Assembly: GCF_000018105.1 (NCBI RefSeq)
Contig: NC_009925.1
Location: 4,650,001-4,682,000 of the forward strand
Direction of reading: 5' to 3'
Source of the DNA: Acaryochloris marina MBIC11017
GTDB taxonomy: Bacteria; Cyanobacteriota; Cyanobacteriia; Thermosynechococcales; Thermosynechococcaceae
Length of the DNA: 32,000 bases
The notes beneath the pieces were generated by a model. It worked only from the letters and a program-made list of their open reading frames with translations. It searched no databases and was not told the DNA's origin. Of this stretch, positions 29,429 through 32,000 are shown piece after piece (within the stretch, counting starts at the first letter, position 1; every line of letters starts with the position of its first letter). A program made the translations under genes and the position numbers.

Positions 29429-30244
29429 CTAGGGTTGGATCATATTTTTGCTAAAGTCAGCAGCCCGGGCAATCTGGATCCCATCACTAGCGATATAGGC
29501 CACTTCTGGATAAAACTGATCCGGGGGAGATTCCGGTGCCCGAGCCACCCAATCCGCAATTCGCAATTGAGTGGGCTCCATCTGTAGAGCCATGATTTGA
29601 CTTTGTTCATTGCCACTCGCCCCGGCATGGGTGATGCCCCGTAGACGCCCCCAGACCAAAATGTCACCATCCGCAACAATTGAACTGCCGGGATTTAAGT
29701 CCCCCATAATCACAACCGTTCCGGGGTGACGGATTTCGGCTCCCGAGCGTAGGGTGGTTTGTAAATAAAGGGGAGCTGAATCCTTCTTTTCGTTATCTAA
29801 CGTGAACTGAGCAATGGTGGACTGGGCCATGGGCAAGATATGAGCTTGCTGTTCAATGGAATAACCTGAGGTTGCAGCGGCGACAGCCGTTTGCCGACGC
29901 TTGGTGTGAATGCGTGTGAGATGCAACTTCGCAGCCCCTAAGGCATTAACAATCAGCTGCAGCTGTCGATGATCGAGGAGGCGATCACCCGTGACCAGCT
30001 CCACCAAAGTATTGGGAGGCCAAAATCGCTCACCAGCCTCCAGCTGCTTTTTCACTTCTTTTAGTAAATCTGCCCATTCCAGGGTGGTTTCACTGGGAGC
30101 CGGTAAGTAGAGCAATAACTTGCCATCTTCAGCTTCCATATGGAGTTGGACTTCGGCAACCCGAGGCGACTCCTGTTCGGATTCTGATTCGCTGTTAGGG
30201 GGAGAAGTGGCGGCAAGTGAAGCCCTAAGCCGTTCTGGTTCCAT
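29429..30244 (-). CDS. minC: Septum site-determining protein MinC
   Basis: 271 aa. The C-terminal beta-helix region is LRSGAEIRHPGTVVIMGDLNPGSSIVADGDILVWGRLRGITHAG. It is directly upstream of minD. Confidence 0.85.
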   Translation of the reverse strand: MEPERLRASLAATSPPNSESESEQESPRVAEVQLHMEAEDGKLLLYLPAPSETTLEWADLLKEVKKQLEAGERFWPPNTLVELVTGDRLLDHRQLQLIVNALGAAKLHLTRIHTKRRQTAVAAATSGYSIEQQAHILPMAQSTIAQFTLDNEKKDSAPLYLQTTLRSGAEIRHPGTVVIMGDLNPGSSIVADGDILVWGRLRGITHAGASGNEQSQIMALQMEPTQLRIADWVARAPESPPDQFYPEVAYIASDGIQIARAADFSKNMIQP

Positions 30245-30256
30245 AAACGCCCTTTT

Positions 30257-31159
30257 TTACTTGCGTGACTGTTCGGCCGATTTGTTCTTTGGAACGACAT
30301 TAAGTCGCTGACTGATAATTGTCATGCCACCATCTTGCACCAAAATGGCAGAAATCCACTCGCTCATGGGCTTATTTCCTGCCGTACCGACCTTAAACAG
30401 GCCACCAGCGGGTAACAGCTCTAGCTTAAGCTCGGGCTGCTTCAGATAGTTTTCCATCGTGATCGCTTCTTCTAGGGCTAATCCCAATAATGGGTTATCC
30501 CCCAGAGGCTCATCCACAATCACATCAAATTCAAATTTTTCGCCAACCCCCACTTCCTGGGGAAGGTTGACCTGCACTTTAGGCGGTTTCCGTCCTGAAG
30601 TCAGCTTGCTTTGTTCAGCTAGAATCTCTTGCTTGGCAATCTGTTGTCCGACCCAATGCTGACGGGAGTGAAGGGTAGAGTGCAATTTTACAGGCCCCTG
30701 ATCTAGGGCCTGAGTACCGGTGATGGTTGTTTTGGTCTCAACGGTATAGCCTTGAGGGGTTTTCTCCCAGGCCACTAACTCAGTTTTATAGGATAAATCC
30801 TGGTAATCTTCCCAAAATGTGGCAATCACCTGCTTCAAAGTTTTCCGATTCAGACCATCGCCACTCGTAAAATTGAAACTGTAAAAGCCCAGCAGTTTGG
30901 ACAGATCTTTTTGGTTCGCCGCCATATCGACTTGAGCGAGCTGCTCTGTCAGGGCAGGTGGAGCATCCGGATCTAGTTGAGCTGTGTCTGGAGCCACGCT
31001 TTCAGCATAGGCAAGCTGAGGCAAGCCCCCCATTCCTAAAGCACATAGGCAGACCGTAGACAATCCAACCCCCAACTGACCCATAGCACGGCGGCCCCTA
31101 TTCATCGGGCGGCGAGACTGAGAAGCAACGGATTGCAAAATGCGGATAAAGTTGTACAT
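30257..31159 (-). CDS. Exported protein of unknown function; first gene of the apparent minCDE transcription unit
   Basis: The signal-peptide-like segment is MNRGRRAMGQLGVGLSTVCLCALGMGGLPQLAYA|ES. The stop is 12 nt before the minC ATG. The start is uncertain: TTG at 31189 (track), ATG at 31159, or ATG at 31105. I recognised no family with confidence. Confidence 0.55.
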   Translation of the reverse strand: MYNFIRILQSVASQSRRPMNRGRRAMGQLGVGLSTVCLCALGMGGLPQLAYAESVAPDTAQLDPDAPPALTEQLAQVDMAANQKDLSKLLGFYSFNFTSGDGLNRKTLKQVIATFWEDYQDLSYKTELVAWEKTPQGYTVETKTTITGTQALDQGPVKLHSTLHSRQHWVGQQIAKQEILAEQSKLTSGRKPPKVQVNLPQEVGVGEKFEFDVIVDEPLGDNPLLGLALEEAITMENYLKQPELKLELLPAGGLFKVGTAGNKPMSEWISAILVQDGGMTIISQRLNVVPKNKSAEQSRK

Positions 31160-31357
31160 GGAATGGTGGTATGTAATGACAAGAACCAAGTCACTCTTTC
31201 AGATAGGGTCCCCTGAACTGATAGGAGAGGCTGCATCACCAGTGAGTGGTTCGCTTTGCCACGTTTCCCTGAAAGTAGCATCTCAATTCTAGATTAACTT
31301 TCCTATAGAAGGCGAAAACGCTAGAATTCTCAACTTCCACCTACAAGGATAGCAACA

Positions 31358-32000
31358 GTGAGCAATTCCGAATCGGTTGCCATAACAGAACAACCCCAGC
31401 GGTTCCTAATCGCTGCTAGCGGGACAGGCGGGCATTTATTCCCCGCGTTGGCCGTTGCAGAAGTCCTTGAAGCAGAGCAATTTCAACTGGAGTGGCTAGG
31501 GGTAAGCAATCGATTAGAAACCCAGCTCGTTCCTAAAAAATATCCCTTACGGACGGTCCCTATTGAAGGACTCCAAACTCGGATAGGTCCAAAGACTCCC
31601 ATTCTCCTAGGAAAGTTAGCCGTGGCGGTTTGGCAAACCCGTCAACTTCTAAAGCGCGGCCAATTTAAGGGTGTGCTCACTACGGGAGGCTATATCGCTG
31701 CCCCGGCCATTTTGGCCGCGTGGTCCCTAGGGTTACCGCGAGTGATTCATGAATCGAATGCCATTCCGGGGAAAGTGACGCGATGGCTCAGTTCGATCTG
31801 CACGGGGGTGGGGTTGGGATTAGAAGATGCCACAACATACTTGCCCAAAGACAAAACTGTAGTGGTGGGTACGCCTGTCCGTCCTGCGTTTTTGACTCCT
31901 TGTGAACTGGATTTACCGATTCCGCCAGAGGCCACGCTGATTGTGGTGGCAGGCGGCAGCCAAGGCGCTGTCTCAGTCAACAAATTGGTACGAGCCTGTG
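31358..32000 (+). CDS. murG: UDP-N-acetylglucosamine--N-acetylmuramyl-(pentapeptide) pyrophosphoryl-undecaprenol N-acetylglucosamine transferase; 5' part only, continues past the right window edge
   Basis: My translation from the GTG at 31358 gives VSNSESVAITEQPQRFLIAASGTGGHLFPALAVAEVLEAEQFQLEWLGVSNRLETQLVPKKYPLRTVPIEGLQ...GGYIAAPAILAAWSLGLPRVIHESNAIPGKVTRW...VVAGGSQGA. It contains the MurG G-loop GTGGH and the HE(S/Q)N motif. There is no stop in the window, so it is absent from the track. Confidence 0.85.
   Translation, partial: MSNSESVAITEQPQRFLIAASGTGGHLFPALAVAEVLEAEQFQLEWLGVSNRLETQLVPKKYPLRTVPIEGLQTRIGPKTPILLGKLAVAVWQTRQLLKRGQFKGVLTTGGYIAAPAILAAWSLGLPRVIHESNAIPGKVTRWLSSICTGVGLGLEDATTYLPKDKTVVVGTPVRPAFLTPCELDLPIPPEATLIVVAGGSQGAVSVNKLVRAC

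Overview
This 32 kb window reads as an ordinary core-chromosome segment of a cyanobacterium. Supporting marks are 9 copies of the HIP1 palindrome GCGATCGC, ycf30/rbcR, petH, ctaCDE with ctaA and ctaB, a GH57 branching enzyme and minCDE. Coding density is high. From left to right:
- rbcR/ycf30, partial, minus strand
- nadC, then ctaE-ctaD-ctaC (aa3-type cytochrome c oxidase), minus strand, divergent from ctaA-ctaB (heme A and heme O synthases)
- a two-gene ABC-2 exporter
- a small exported protein, a large ATP-grasp (PGM1-like) ligase and a divergent 61-69 aa zinc-ribbon ORF
- a DUF4870-like membrane protein
- petH (ferredoxin-NADP+ reductase) with a clean intrinsic terminator
- a TraB/GumN lipoprotein, deoC, and recO-MFS-glycosyltransferase
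- queA, convergent with the glycosyltransferase
- a slightly AT-richer stretch holding a 129 aa hypothetical, an inverted-repeat element, a possibly frameshifted ORF pair, a TVP38/DedA-like protein and an orphan ABC-2 permease
- a GH57 glucan branching enzyme and a membrane-anchored YvcK homologue
- an exported hypothetical followed by minC-minD-minE
- the 5' part of murG

I found no CRISPR array, transposase, integrase, tRNA or rRNA, and no recognisable defence island. Two observations stand out. The petH product carries a Cys-rich N-terminal domain that does not look like CpcD, where the phycobilisome-linker domain normally sits. The ATP-grasp ligase is flanked by two small ORFs of unknown function. 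Everything else is low to moderate interest. All functional calls rest on my reading of the translated ORFs and remembered family motifs. No database search was run.
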